Virus record (IMG/VR): IMGVR_UViG_2695420897_000008 | Reading direction: 5' to 3' (one strand) | DNA length: 39,495 nt | Origin: a virus | Lineage: Duplodnaviria; Heunggongvirae; Uroviricota; Caudoviricetes | Part shown: positions 20,528 through 28,983 of the stretch, piece by piece | Numbering within the stretch: position 1 is the first letter of the stretch | Layout: the number at the start of each line of letters is the position of its first letter | The notes under the pieces: generated by a model | Seen by the model: the letters and a program-made list of their open reading frames with translations, nothing else | Told to the model about the DNA's origin: nothing | Databases searched by the model: none | Made by a program: the position numbers and the translations under genes

Positions 20528-21748
20528 TTACCCTTTACGGTTTGCCCAGAATTCAGCGTTTTGTTTGTTCAGGGAAGCGATACTGGTCATGCCCATGTTT
20601 AGGCGCTGTGCATCGCCGGTGGTGGCGCGGGTGTTTCGCCCTTTGGCAATCTCAGACACGGCATTAAACGCCATGTCGACCGATTGTTTCGGCAATTTGC
20701 GGATATCCGCATCACCGACTATCTGGCGAACCAGCGTTTTGTCAGCGGAAGCCAGAACCTCGCGTTTGAACGCGGTCGGTTTCATCTTACGGCTCAGATC
20801 GATACCCGGAACAATAACTTCGGCACGCCAGGCTGAGTCACCAGTAATCGTGGTTTCCTCTTCATCGTCCTCGCCGTCACCGGTCGGATTATCGTCAGGC
20901 TTATTATCGTTATCGCCCGTGGCATTTCCTTCCAGCTTAGCCAGCAGGGCTTTCAGTAATGTTTTGAGGTCATCATCACTGTCGCCGGTTGGGCCTCCCC
21001 CCATCTCTGGTGCTTTGTCCGGTAGTGGTTGCTGCGGGGACAGGTTGATATTGAGATTAACGCCCTGCGGCAAATCCCCCTCATCTCCTGTAACCGATGC
21101 GGGAGCCGACTCCACCAGTTCGTTCATGGTGTCGGCATCTCCTGTCTTGATGGCCGCACGCATGCGGTTCCACCAGTTTTTCTTTTGATTTGCCATTGTG
21201 TCTCTGTCTCCAATTGCACAACGATTTCCGGCTCTGCCTTTAGGGACAAGAGCCACATGGTTTCCGGTAATATCGACCTGCTCAGCTTTACCTGGCTCGG
21301 TCTGCTCGTACTCCGCGTCATAGCCGCACGACACTTCGCGCAGGCCATCTTCGATAAGCTGAATGGCGTTTTCGTCTTTGACGATAAGGTCAGCCAGCAT
21401 CAAATCAGACTGCTCACCCGTCCCGCGCCGGACATTCTGGAGGTGCCCGACAGCAAGCTCTTTCCAGTTCTCGGGATTTACCAGCCGCACATTCCCGTTT
21501 TCATCTTCAGGATGCAGAATCGTGATGCTCATCCCTTCGAATGAGGCAAGCGTGGCCGGATGGAATACCTGCTCAGGAGAACGCGTGACGACTATTTCAC
21601 CGAACTTATCGGGTTTCAGTTTTGGCAGGTCATCAGCACCATAGAGCTGCTTACCTGTTCGTCCTATCGGCACGTCTCTGCACAGCAACGAGCCGTCAGC
21701 CAGCTGATAGCGGGTTTCCCCCAGCCGGGTATTGAAAAAATATTTCAT
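20528..21748 (-). CDS. Head maturation protease / scaffold protein (Mu gpI-like)
   Basis: 406-aa ORF with a highly acidic, low-complexity C-terminal half typical of scaffolds; located after the portal and F-like genes. Confidence 0.5.
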   Translation of the reverse strand: MKYFFNTRLGETRYQLADGSLLCRDVPIGRTGKQLYGADDLPKLKPDKFGEIVVTRSPEQVFHPATLASFEGMSITILHPEDENGNVRLVNPENWKELAVGHLQNVRRGTGEQSDLMLADLIVKDENAIQLIEDGLREVSCGYDAEYEQTEPGKAEQVDITGNHVALVPKGRAGNRCAIGDRDTMANQKKNWWNRMRAAIKTGDADTMNELVESAPASVTGDEGDLPQGVNLNINLSPQQPLPDKAPEMGGGPTGDSDDDLKTLLKALLAKLEGNATGDNDNKPDDNPTGDGEDDEEETTITGDSAWRAEVIVPGIDLSRKMKPTAFKREVLASADKTLVRQIVGDADIRKLPKQSVDMAFNAVSEIAKGRNTRATTGDAQRLNMGMTSIASLNKQNAEFWANRKG

Positions 21749-21762
21749 GTGTTACCTGCGAT

Positions 21763-22536
21763 TCAGGCGGGATAAGATTGGGAGGTGGGAAAAACGATTT
21801 CTTTATAACAGCGACAATTCGGGAGCTCGCCAGCGTGACCTGTCATGCCGTCAAGCGTTGGAGGTTTGCCCCATTCGACAAATTTACCTTCCATTTCCCG
21901 ATGAGAATGCCTGACGTCACCATCTTCGGCTGTACGCCAGATATAACTATTCGAACCAATTGACAGCGCACGCGCCTGATCCAGCGCGCCGGTTGCACGT
22001 CCAAGTTCAGTACGGGCAATCAGGTCAGCTCTGGACTTTGCTATATCACCCGATGCGGCTATTTCTTTAGCAAAATATTCTGCTCTCCCACCGGTCACAA
22101 CAGCTTCTGTCGCCCGATTCTGGATGTCGTACACCCTGTCAGCCGCCTCGAGGGGGAGCGATTTGATGTACTTGACCTGTTCGGCGATGATGGATTGCAT
22201 CACCTGGCCCACAGGAGCGCTTTCCACAAGATTGCGGAGCTCGCGACTGATGTTCTTGCTGTGTTGCCGCCAAACTTTCTCGTTCTGCCGGGTTAGGTCC
22301 GCAGTAAAGTTTTCCGCGACCTTTGTCGCCCAGGGGGTGATGATTTCACTGTAGCGTTCCAGCGCCTCAATAATTTCCGTGATACTGTCATTTGAACCAT
22401 CGTAGCGACCATTTACGATGTCTCCGACCGCCCGCGCTATCCTGCGTAGGCTGGTTCGATAGCGGATTTCCGCCTGACGGTTCCTGCGGTTCGTCATCAG
22501 ATTCGCCGATGCCGGGCGGCGCTTCATCTTCGGCAT
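21763..22536 (-). CDS. Head morphogenesis protein (Mu F / SPP1 gp7-like); start uncertain
   Basis: 257-aa ORF directly downstream of the portal; the listed start overlaps the portal 3' end by 149 nt, so an internal Met is possible. Confidence 0.5.
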   Translation of the reverse strand: MPKMKRRPASANLMTNRRNRQAEIRYRTSLRRIARAVGDIVNGRYDGSNDSITEIIEALERYSEIITPWATKVAENFTADLTRQNEKVWRQHSKNISRELRNLVESAPVGQVMQSIIAEQVKYIKSLPLEAADRVYDIQNRATEAVVTGGRAEYFAKEIAASGDIAKSRADLIARTELGRATGALDQARALSIGSNSYIWRTAEDGDVRHSHREMEGKFVEWGKPPTLDGMTGHAGELPNCRCYKEIVFPTSQSYPA

Positions 22537-23854
22537 TCTCGATGTCCTCGTCGGTAATGGATGCCCCGATGCCGGTTACGTCAGAATTTTCGCGCAAATC
22601 AGTCATAGCGGCTTTCAGTGTCATCAGACCATCACCCAGCGCCGTACTGATTGCGTTGGTAGTGTTTAACGCCACCGTTGAGCGATCGACATCAGACATT
22701 TGCCAGAGCGGGTTAAACTCAAACGTGAAATCGTCCGGCAGCGGCTTGCCAAGCTCCGAACGATGCATGATGTCCAGTATCCGCCGCACCGGAAGACGTA
22801 AACGCCTCTCCTGTAACGAGCTTACCCGGTCGTAATAGTTGGCAAGGTCTGCATCGCCGGTAGAAAATCCTTTCGGGGACTGTCCGAACAACCGCACCAG
22901 TGGGATACCAACAGCGCCACTAATCTGTTCTGCAAACTGCGAAAGGATGTCATCCAGACCACTGAAGCTGTACTGATGCGTTTCAAACTTATCCCGCGAG
23001 TCCATGAGTGTCATACCTTCATTGCTCTGGAACTGTCGAATCAGGTCGATATTCTTCAGCAACGCTTCATACGCAGGACCACCAAGTGCGATAAGCTCGC
23101 GTAGCTTCTCCACGCTGTAGGTGCGCAGATGCGCCTTGTAGACCAGCTGCGCCGCGCCGACAGTAGCGCTGTCGAACGCGGTAAGACGATCCCAGATACG
23201 CTCTACAACCGACATTCCCCATTCGTTCTCGGTCATCTTCTGCTGAAATGGCAGCGTGACGCCATCAAAGCGAATCAGGCGACTGTGATGAATGCGCCAG
23301 GCAGGAATTCCCGTTGCTGTGGTCACCACATCGTAAAACTCAGGTTTACCCAGGTCCGGCCCCATATCTTTAATGCGGCGGGTCAGTACCGGGTCGATCA
23401 TCCAGCGGTCGAGCGGGAGAATCCCCTTAAACTTGCCCTTACCGATGGTTTCGGGTCGCAGCGGGGTCATTGGTGCCTGCCCCTCAATCATGATGAAACC
23501 CACCGCGCCGCCGTAGAGGCGCGACCATTTCAGCACGTCATTCAGCGCATCCCAGATTTGCAACTCATCCAGTTGTGATTCGAGAATGCCACGATCTTTT
23601 GCATCAATTTCCGACGTGATGCGAATGCCTTTGCGGGTCATATCATCCGGGATAGCATCGACTGCTTCGCCGATGATCCAGGATGAACGATAGGACCATT
23701 CCACCAGCATGCGGTTACGACTGGTGAAATTAGCCCGGTAGGTGGATGCTGAGTGCTGGTTAGGTGTCTGCATCCCTACGCGGGCAATAAAATTCTCATA
23801 ACCATCAGCTGTGGCCTGCGCAGTTCGCCGCAGGGCTTGTTTGTTTCGTGCCAT
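22388..23854 (-). CDS. Portal protein (Mu gp29-like)
   Basis: 488-aa ORF immediately downstream of the terminase large subunit with ATGA-type overlap. Confidence 0.65.
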   Translation of the reverse strand: MARNKQALRRTAQATADGYENFIARVGMQTPNQHSASTYRANFTSRNRMLVEWSYRSSWIIGEAVDAIPDDMTRKGIRITSEIDAKDRGILESQLDELQIWDALNDVLKWSRLYGGAVGFIMIEGQAPMTPLRPETIGKGKFKGILPLDRWMIDPVLTRRIKDMGPDLGKPEFYDVVTTATGIPAWRIHHSRLIRFDGVTLPFQQKMTENEWGMSVVERIWDRLTAFDSATVGAAQLVYKAHLRTYSVEKLRELIALGGPAYEALLKNIDLIRQFQSNEGMTLMDSRDKFETHQYSFSGLDDILSQFAEQISGAVGIPLVRLFGQSPKGFSTGDADLANYYDRVSSLQERRLRLPVRRILDIMHRSELGKPLPDDFTFEFNPLWQMSDVDRSTVALNTTNAISTALGDGLMTLKAAMTDLRENSDVTGIGASITDEDIENAEDEAPPGIGESDDEPQEPSGGNPLSNQPTQDSAGGRRHRKWSLRWFK

Positions 23855-25476
23855 CAGGCCTGTCTCCCTAGCAGCTCCCAGATGTTCAGGGCTGAATTCA
23901 TTGGGGCATAGTTGATCATCACCGAGTCGGCAAGGTTTGGCGATCGGGTTCCATCAGGCTGTTTATCAATAACGATTTTTCCCACACCATTAATGGAATA
24001 GGTCGGCTGCGAAAGCTCGATGATGAGTTTATCTTTGAGTGCCATGCTACTGCTGATTGAGATGATTTCGTCCGGGTTGTAAGCCATACCTTCAACCACG
24101 GCGCGCCAGGTATTCTGAAAAAGTTTACGTAACCGCCACCAGCTCTGGGCTTTGGCGTTAGCGAAGAAGTCCTTGTTCAGACGTGCGGCTTGCCCGTTGT
24201 CCCCGCGAACAGCTTCATCATCCGGATCAAATACCGCGCCACTACCTCGAAACGGTGTGGCAAGTATTGACGGTCGACGCGCAGCGTTACGCAGTTCGTT
24301 GATAGCGCGTGCATCGCCGCGAACGCCAGCGCCCAGCCCGTCCTCGTCAAAGCGAAACTCTTCGAGGTTGTCCTGTTCGCAAAAGCCGAAAACCTTCTCG
24401 ACGGACTGATAAATGTCGCTGCCCACACCGGACCATTCCCGCACATTTTCCAGGAGGAAGCCATGACGGGTGGAAAAGGCATTTTTGTCCCTGCCTTCGT
24501 CGGCGACATCCATCGCGCCAAGTCGTTTGCCTGTTGGCTGGATACCCAGTTTGATATGCGCATCAACGGCAGCCTGTACCCATTCGGATGGAATCAGAAC
24601 GCCTTCCGCTGATGCGCTGTAGTTCAGATCAAGTTCCTGTGCCACCACCACCGGATTATCGATTTTCTCGCATTCCCTGCGATACCACTCTTCATCCTTG
24701 CGAGGATCATCCCGCCAGTGGAATGTGAATACCGGTATCTTCCCGCCATGACGCTTCTGAGCGAACGGGTTAGCCATGCCGTTAACTGAACTCAGGTCGA
24801 TACGGCAACGCGTCGTTTGTGACAACGCCGCATCAATCAGCAGAGGACGCTGAAGGAATGCAGCCTCATCAACCAGATAAAGCGTGGTACGGTCACCACG
24901 ACCAATATTATCGCCAGCCTCGCCTTTGATAACGGCACCAGTTTCAGGAAACTCAACACGCATATATGGCGCGTGCTTCTTCTCGCTCCACGAACCGCGA
25001 AACTCTACAGGTAGCGTTTCCACGAACTTGCGTGCCTTCCAGAACAATGCTTTCGGGTCACCGGTGCTGTCGACGTATTCCTCTTTACGGGAGCCGAAAC
25101 CGATAACCATTTCTTTGTTGAAGAGACAAAGCGAGCAGGCCAGTCCGATCGCGGTCCAACTGAGCCCCATTTCACGGGATTTTTCGGTAATACCATTCTC
25201 CCGATTGCCCCAGCGTTCCATAATCCAGTGGATCCACTCCTCCTGCTTAGGGAAGAGTAAAAACGGAATGGTCACCGGCAGGCCATAATCAATATTACGC
25301 GGGTCCGTTGTCATGCCCCAGTCGATGATGAACTGAGCCGGATTGGTTCGGTAAAACTGCTTCAATACGGGCAATATTTCAGGATTCTGGCGAATGCGCT
25401 GTAGGCGTTCCATCCGCCATTCAAAAACCATCTGGTAATCAGGATGTTTAAAATCGAAGGGGAATGGTAACGGCAT
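23854..25476 (-). CDS. Terminase large subunit
   Basis: 540-aa ORF following the small subunit; ATPase N-terminus with Walker B-like LYLVDEAAF and a nuclease C-terminus. Confidence 0.8.
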   Translation of the reverse strand: MPLPFPFDFKHPDYQMVFEWRMERLQRIRQNPEILPVLKQFYRTNPAQFIIDWGMTTDPRNIDYGLPVTIPFLLFPKQEEWIHWIMERWGNRENGITEKSREMGLSWTAIGLACSLCLFNKEMVIGFGSRKEEYVDSTGDPKALFWKARKFVETLPVEFRGSWSEKKHAPYMRVEFPETGAVIKGEAGDNIGRGDRTTLYLVDEAAFLQRPLLIDAALSQTTRCRIDLSSVNGMANPFAQKRHGGKIPVFTFHWRDDPRKDEEWYRRECEKIDNPVVVAQELDLNYSASAEGVLIPSEWVQAAVDAHIKLGIQPTGKRLGAMDVADEGRDKNAFSTRHGFLLENVREWSGVGSDIYQSVEKVFGFCEQDNLEEFRFDEDGLGAGVRGDARAINELRNAARRPSILATPFRGSGAVFDPDDEAVRGDNGQAARLNKDFFANAKAQSWWRLRKLFQNTWRAVVEGMAYNPDEIISISSSMALKDKLIIELSQPTYSINGVGKIVIDKQPDGTRSPNLADSVMINYAPMNSALNIWELLGRQA

Positions 25477-25478
25477 AC

Positions 25479-26051
25479 TTAGCCCATCATTTTTCTATAC
25501 GCCTCTGCAGCCTGCTCCGGCGTTAAGTTGGTAATTTCTGTTCTGACGGGTCCTCCATCAGCGCCAGTCACTTCATTTTTGACGTTGTCTTTAAACGCCT
25601 GAACAGAAACATGACGCCCAAGCAACTCAAGGTTTTTAACCTTATCAGGCCACTTAATCTTTTTAAGGATCCCGACCATTTCTCTGTCATCTCCTCGCCC
25701 CTCAAACATTTCAGCGAGGTTAAATCCACTCAGGTACCGACGCCACGATTCCGGCCACGCAGACAGAGGCTTAATACTTAAATCGTCCTCCAGGATGTCA
25801 GCCACATCGAGCCTGTCGATCTCAACCAGTCGCATCAGCACATAATTAGCATCAATGCCCAGTTGATCAATACGCTCCTGCTTTAGCTCGTTAATACGGG
25901 CGCGTATCTCAGGTTTACCGTATAGTTCAGCCCCCGTAACATGTGCTCGCCTGGAGACGTAGCCTGCGCGAATAGCTGCTTGTGTAGCATTCAGATCGAC
26001 AAGAAACTCGCGACAAAACACCTCGTGTTTTGCTTTCAGCTTCTTAGTCAT
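25479..26051 (-). CDS. Terminase small subunit
   Basis: 190-aa ORF upstream of the large subunit, with N-terminal HTH-like segment TQAAIRAGY. Confidence 0.7.
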   Translation of the reverse strand: MTKKLKAKHEVFCREFLVDLNATQAAIRAGYVSRRAHVTGAELYGKPEIRARINELKQERIDQLGIDANYVLMRLVEIDRLDVADILEDDLSIKPLSAWPESWRRYLSGFNLAEMFEGRGDDREMVGILKKIKWPDKVKNLELLGRHVSVQAFKDNVKNEVTGADGGPVRTEITNLTPEQAAEAYRKMMG

Positions 26052-26112
26052 TTTATTTTCCAGTTATCAGGTCATTATCGAAGCCCCTCCTGGAAGAGCT
26101 TCTGTAATGCTA

Positions 26113-26637
26113 TTACCGGGACTGTTCTATTTGTCGGACACCAGCCAACTGGTTATTCGCCTTCTCGATGGCTGCCAACAGTGGGTTAATCCACAGAACA
26201 GCCTGGCAATATGTCAACGTTCTGGTGGTAGTGGCACGATCACCGGCTGAGTCAATGTCCCCGGAATCGGCGTGCAATGCGCTGGCGCGTAAACGGTTCG
26301 CGTAGTTGAGCAACCCGACAGCAATATCAACAGGAACAGGGAAATCACAGTTCTTTTCACGGAGCAGAACCTCACGGTATTTGATGACTGTCTTCTCGTG
26401 ACCGATGTCGACCAGAGAATTTAATCGGCTTGCGTTTTCTGCTATCTGGTTAAAACGATTGAAGTTTAATGCCTGATTAGCTATCACTTTCCCTTGATAT
26501 TCAGCTTCACCTTCCGCTTTATCAGCCCGCAACTTTTCTGCCTGATACTTGCTGTGGTAATGGTTTGCAGACCAGACGAGCGCCCCAAAGGCAGAGAAGA
26601 AAAATGCCGCGATGACAATCTTATAAGTCAGCTTCAT
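26113..26637 (-). CDS. i-spanin (Rz-like)
   Basis: 174-aa ORF after the endolysin; N-terminal TM segment, coiled-coil periplasmic part; overlaps the endolysin 3' end. Confidence 0.7.
   Translation of the reverse strand: MKLTYKIVIAAFFFSAFGALVWSANHYHSKYQAEKLRADKAEGEAEYQGKVIANQALNFNRFNQIAENASRLNSLVDIGHEKTVIKYREVLLREKNCDFPVPVDIAVGLLNYANRLRASALHADSGDIDSAGDRATTTRTLTYCQAVLWINPLLAAIEKANNQLAGVRQIEQSR
26214..26360 (-). CDS. o-spanin (Rz1-like lipoprotein) embedded in the +1 frame of Rz
   Basis: 48-aa ORF MKRTVISLFLLILLSGCSTT...PVIVPLPPER with lipobox LLSGC and Pro-rich mature part; GTG start with GAGG 9 nt upstream. Confidence 0.6.
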   Translation of the reverse strand: MKRTVISLFLLILLSGCSTTRTVYAPAHCTPIPGTLTQPVIVPLPPER

Positions 26638-27097
26638 TTACCACCCCACCAGCATCTTTAAACCTGGAAATCAGGTCACCGATTTTATGTTCATACTGAC
26701 CGTAACCTGCACCAGGTAACGACGCCCAGATATTGCTGCAACGGTCGATTGCCTGACGAATATCGCCACGGTCAATCATCGGTAAAGCGCCACGCTCTTT
26801 AATCTGCTGCAGCGCCACAGCGTCCTGACTTTCTGGCGAAAAATCTTTCAGGCCAAGCTGCTTGCGGTAGGCATCCCACCAGCGTGAAAGAAGCTGATAC
26901 CGGCCTGCGGCTGTTGATTTAAGCTTCGGGTTTAGCGTGACAAGTTTGCGAGGGTGATCGGAGTAATCAGTGAACAACTCACCTCCGACGATAACGTCAT
27001 AACCGTGATTACGTGTCGGTTGTCGCCCGTTATCCGTTCCTTCTGACCATGCCACCATATCCAGGAAAGCTTTGCGTTGGGAATTTAGTGTCTGCAT
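26621..27097 (-). CDS. Endolysin, lambda R-type lytic transglycosylase
   Basis: 158-aa protein nearly colinear with lambda R as remembered (NSQRKAFLDMVAWSEGTDNGRQ...HGYDVIVGGELFTDYSDHP...). Confidence 0.85.
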   Translation of the reverse strand: MQTLNSQRKAFLDMVAWSEGTDNGRQPTRNHGYDVIVGGELFTDYSDHPRKLVTLNPKLKSTAAGRYQLLSRWWDAYRKQLGLKDFSPESQDAVALQQIKERGALPMIDRGDIRQAIDRCSNIWASLPGAGYGQYEHKIGDLISRFKDAGGVVNEADL

Positions 27098-27100
27098 GAA

Positions 27101-27460
27101 TTACTCCTTAGAGCCACCAAACTTGTTACCGATTACTCGCATTGCAGCCCCACGAATAGCATCGACACCGATCAGCCCAACACCACCACCAATGGCAACA
27201 GAAAGAGATTTAGGCCATCCAACATACTCAAGAGCGGATGCAAAGGTCAGCGTCAGAGCACCACAGAGCAAAATCTCAAGCGTTTTTCGTTTCCAGCCGC
27301 CGCCACCGCCAAAATAGGCAATGCGCAAGCCAGCCATAACAATTGACATAACCACTGCGCCCAACGGCGTATCTCCACGCCACCAACTTTGTAAGAGTTC
27401 CAGTAAGTCAGGCCAGGAATGAGGAGCATTGTGCATTTTCATACTTCCCACCTCCGCCAT
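27101..27460 (-). CDS. Holin (class with possible dual start, MAEVGSMKM...)
   Basis: 119-aa ORF immediately upstream of the endolysin with TM segments; first gene after the late terminator region. Confidence 0.65.
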   Translation of the reverse strand: MAEVGSMKMHNAPHSWPDLLELLQSWWRGDTPLGAVVMSIVMAGLRIAYFGGGGGWKRKTLEILLCGALTLTFASALEYVGWPKSLSVAIGGGVGLIGVDAIRGAAMRVIGNKFGGSKE

Positions 27461-27553
27461 TACGGGGTGTTGTTGAAAGGCGGGCCCTGCGTATACGCCC
27501 GTAGGATTGGGTTATGAGCCGTCCTTCGGTGGGCCCTGAATACAAAAAAAGTT

Positions 27554-27576
27554 CGCCATAGCGAACCTTGTTAAAT
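27554..27576 (-). terminator. Rho-independent terminator upstream of the lysis cassette (candidate tR' of the Q-antiterminated late transcript)
   Basis: Minus strand reads GTTCGC-TATG-GCGAAC followed by T7. Confidence 0.6.
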
Positions 27577-27887
27577 TTGTTAAAAAAGGAAGTTATTTAA
27601 CATAATGTACGTTATAGGAACCACACGATCCCCGCTCGCAATAGATTTGCGATGAAAGGCCTATTTAATCAACTTAAGTGGTCCAGAATGACGAAATTCG
27701 AGTGAATAAAAGGTGCATAAAAAAGGGCAAAAACTGCATAGCGTTTTTTCGCAGCGAAAGCCCTGTTTTATTAGCTTTTCCCCAGAATGGGGCAATAAAA
27801 AAGGCCCCCTTGCGGAAGCCTCTTCGTGATGAACTGTTTTCAACAGATATCAGGCTAATCGGCTTTTTGGAATTCCACAACTATTTT

Positions 27888-28228
27888 TTATCTTACCTTG
27901 ATGCCTGATGCCGTCAGATGTTTACGACAGTCCTGAATACCTTCGTTATAACCCGCATCGTAGAAGCTATCCGGCTTTGCCTTCAGCGCAGGAAGCGTAA
28001 CGCTGGTAGCTCTTCGTTCGGCCAGAACACCTGCCTGAAAGAGTGTCCACATCAACTGAACTGCTGAATCACAGTAAGTAACATCTTCACTGTACAATTC
28101 TCGTTCAATCCGATGCCAAGTTGAGCCTTCATTGATGCGCCAATATTACCTTTGACCTGCAACGACAGGTCTGGGTACCTCTGTTCCATGAAGCTTTCAA
28201 ATCTGTTGCGAACGCTGATCAGAGCCAT
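27888..28228 (-). pseudogene. Hypothetical gene downstream of Q, split into two overlapping frames (58-aa and 69-aa ORFs; -1 shift)
   Basis: ATG 28228 with AAGGGA RBS 30 nt after the Q stop gives a 58-aa ORF; the 69-aa ORF 27888-28097 follows in the -1 frame. No family recognised. Confidence 0.3.
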
Positions 28229-28259
28229 CTGGTTCCCTTACGTGATTGATTGCTGGATA

Positions 28260-28682
28260 TTATGCCGCCGAGCAGCTCCTACGCAAAGTCCTGATAGCCT
28301 GAGGCTTTGACTGAACCGACTGATCCATTTCGAGCACCACATCCAGCATGGCTAAGCAACCGTCAATAAATCCCTCTGCCGCCTGAAGCCTCTTCAGAAC
28401 GTGGGTGTGAGATACGCCGAGCTTCTCACCCATCGCCCGCACGGGCATGGCCTGGACGTAATGCCACTCAAGGAGCGTGCACAGATACGGATCTTTTTTC
28501 TTCAGGCAGCTCATAGCGGAGTTGATGATAAGACCGTCATTGTCACTGCATTTCAGCCTTCCAGACTGCGTCGCGGGTAGCAGATTCTTAAACCCGGCTG
28601 CAACAGGAGGAAAGTAGACGCTACCACCTTCACTCGCTGCCCAGCCACCCCAGCGCTCTAAAACCTGTTGAATATTACGCAT
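28260..28682 (-). CDS. Late-gene antitermination protein Q (QuuD-like small Q family)
   Basis: 140 aa; N-terminus MRNIQQVLERWGGWAA... resembles E. coli DLP12 QuuD as remembered; sits upstream of the lysis cassette. Confidence 0.8.
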   Translation of the reverse strand: MRNIQQVLERWGGWAASEGGSVYFPPVAAGFKNLLPATQSGRLKCSDNDGLIINSAMSCLKKKDPYLCTLLEWHYVQAMPVRAMGEKLGVSHTHVLKRLQAAEGFIDGCLAMLDVVLEMDQSVQSKPQAIRTLRRSCSAA

Positions 28683-28811
28683 AGCTCTGACCTCTACGTT
28701 TTGCTACGAAAAAATTTTCTGAGAACCACGTCTGTTTATCCGTGGGTGTGGATAACGCAGTTCCGATTCGCTTATTACACGCTGTTATGTGCAAAAAATT
28801 CCTTGTTCGGC

Positions 28812-28983
28812 CTGTACCAATCTGTACCCACCTGTACCAGCTCTTTTCAAACCTTTTCCCCAAGCGACTTATATATATATATGGGGTTCTTAGTAATTAG
28901 GTTGGTACAGATGGTACAGTTGGTACTGACCTTTAAATTCAATTAGTTAAAATGTACCAACCTCTATTTTGAGGCTGGTACAG
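28812..28983. repeat. Iteron array (CTGTACC / GGTACAG) flanking an (AT)6 tract: candidate replication origin or primase-binding region
   Basis: CTGTACC at 28812, 28822 and 28832 (exact 10-bp phasing); (AT)6 at 28871-28882; inverted copies GGTACAG at 28904, 28913, 28977 and GGTACTG at 28922; partial TGTACC at 28953. Confidence 0.6.

Noticed and set aside
28812-28983. CRISPR array
   Set aside because: Repeats are only 7-11 bp with 2-3 bp spacing, in both orientations, with no cas genes; they fit iterons, not CRISPR.
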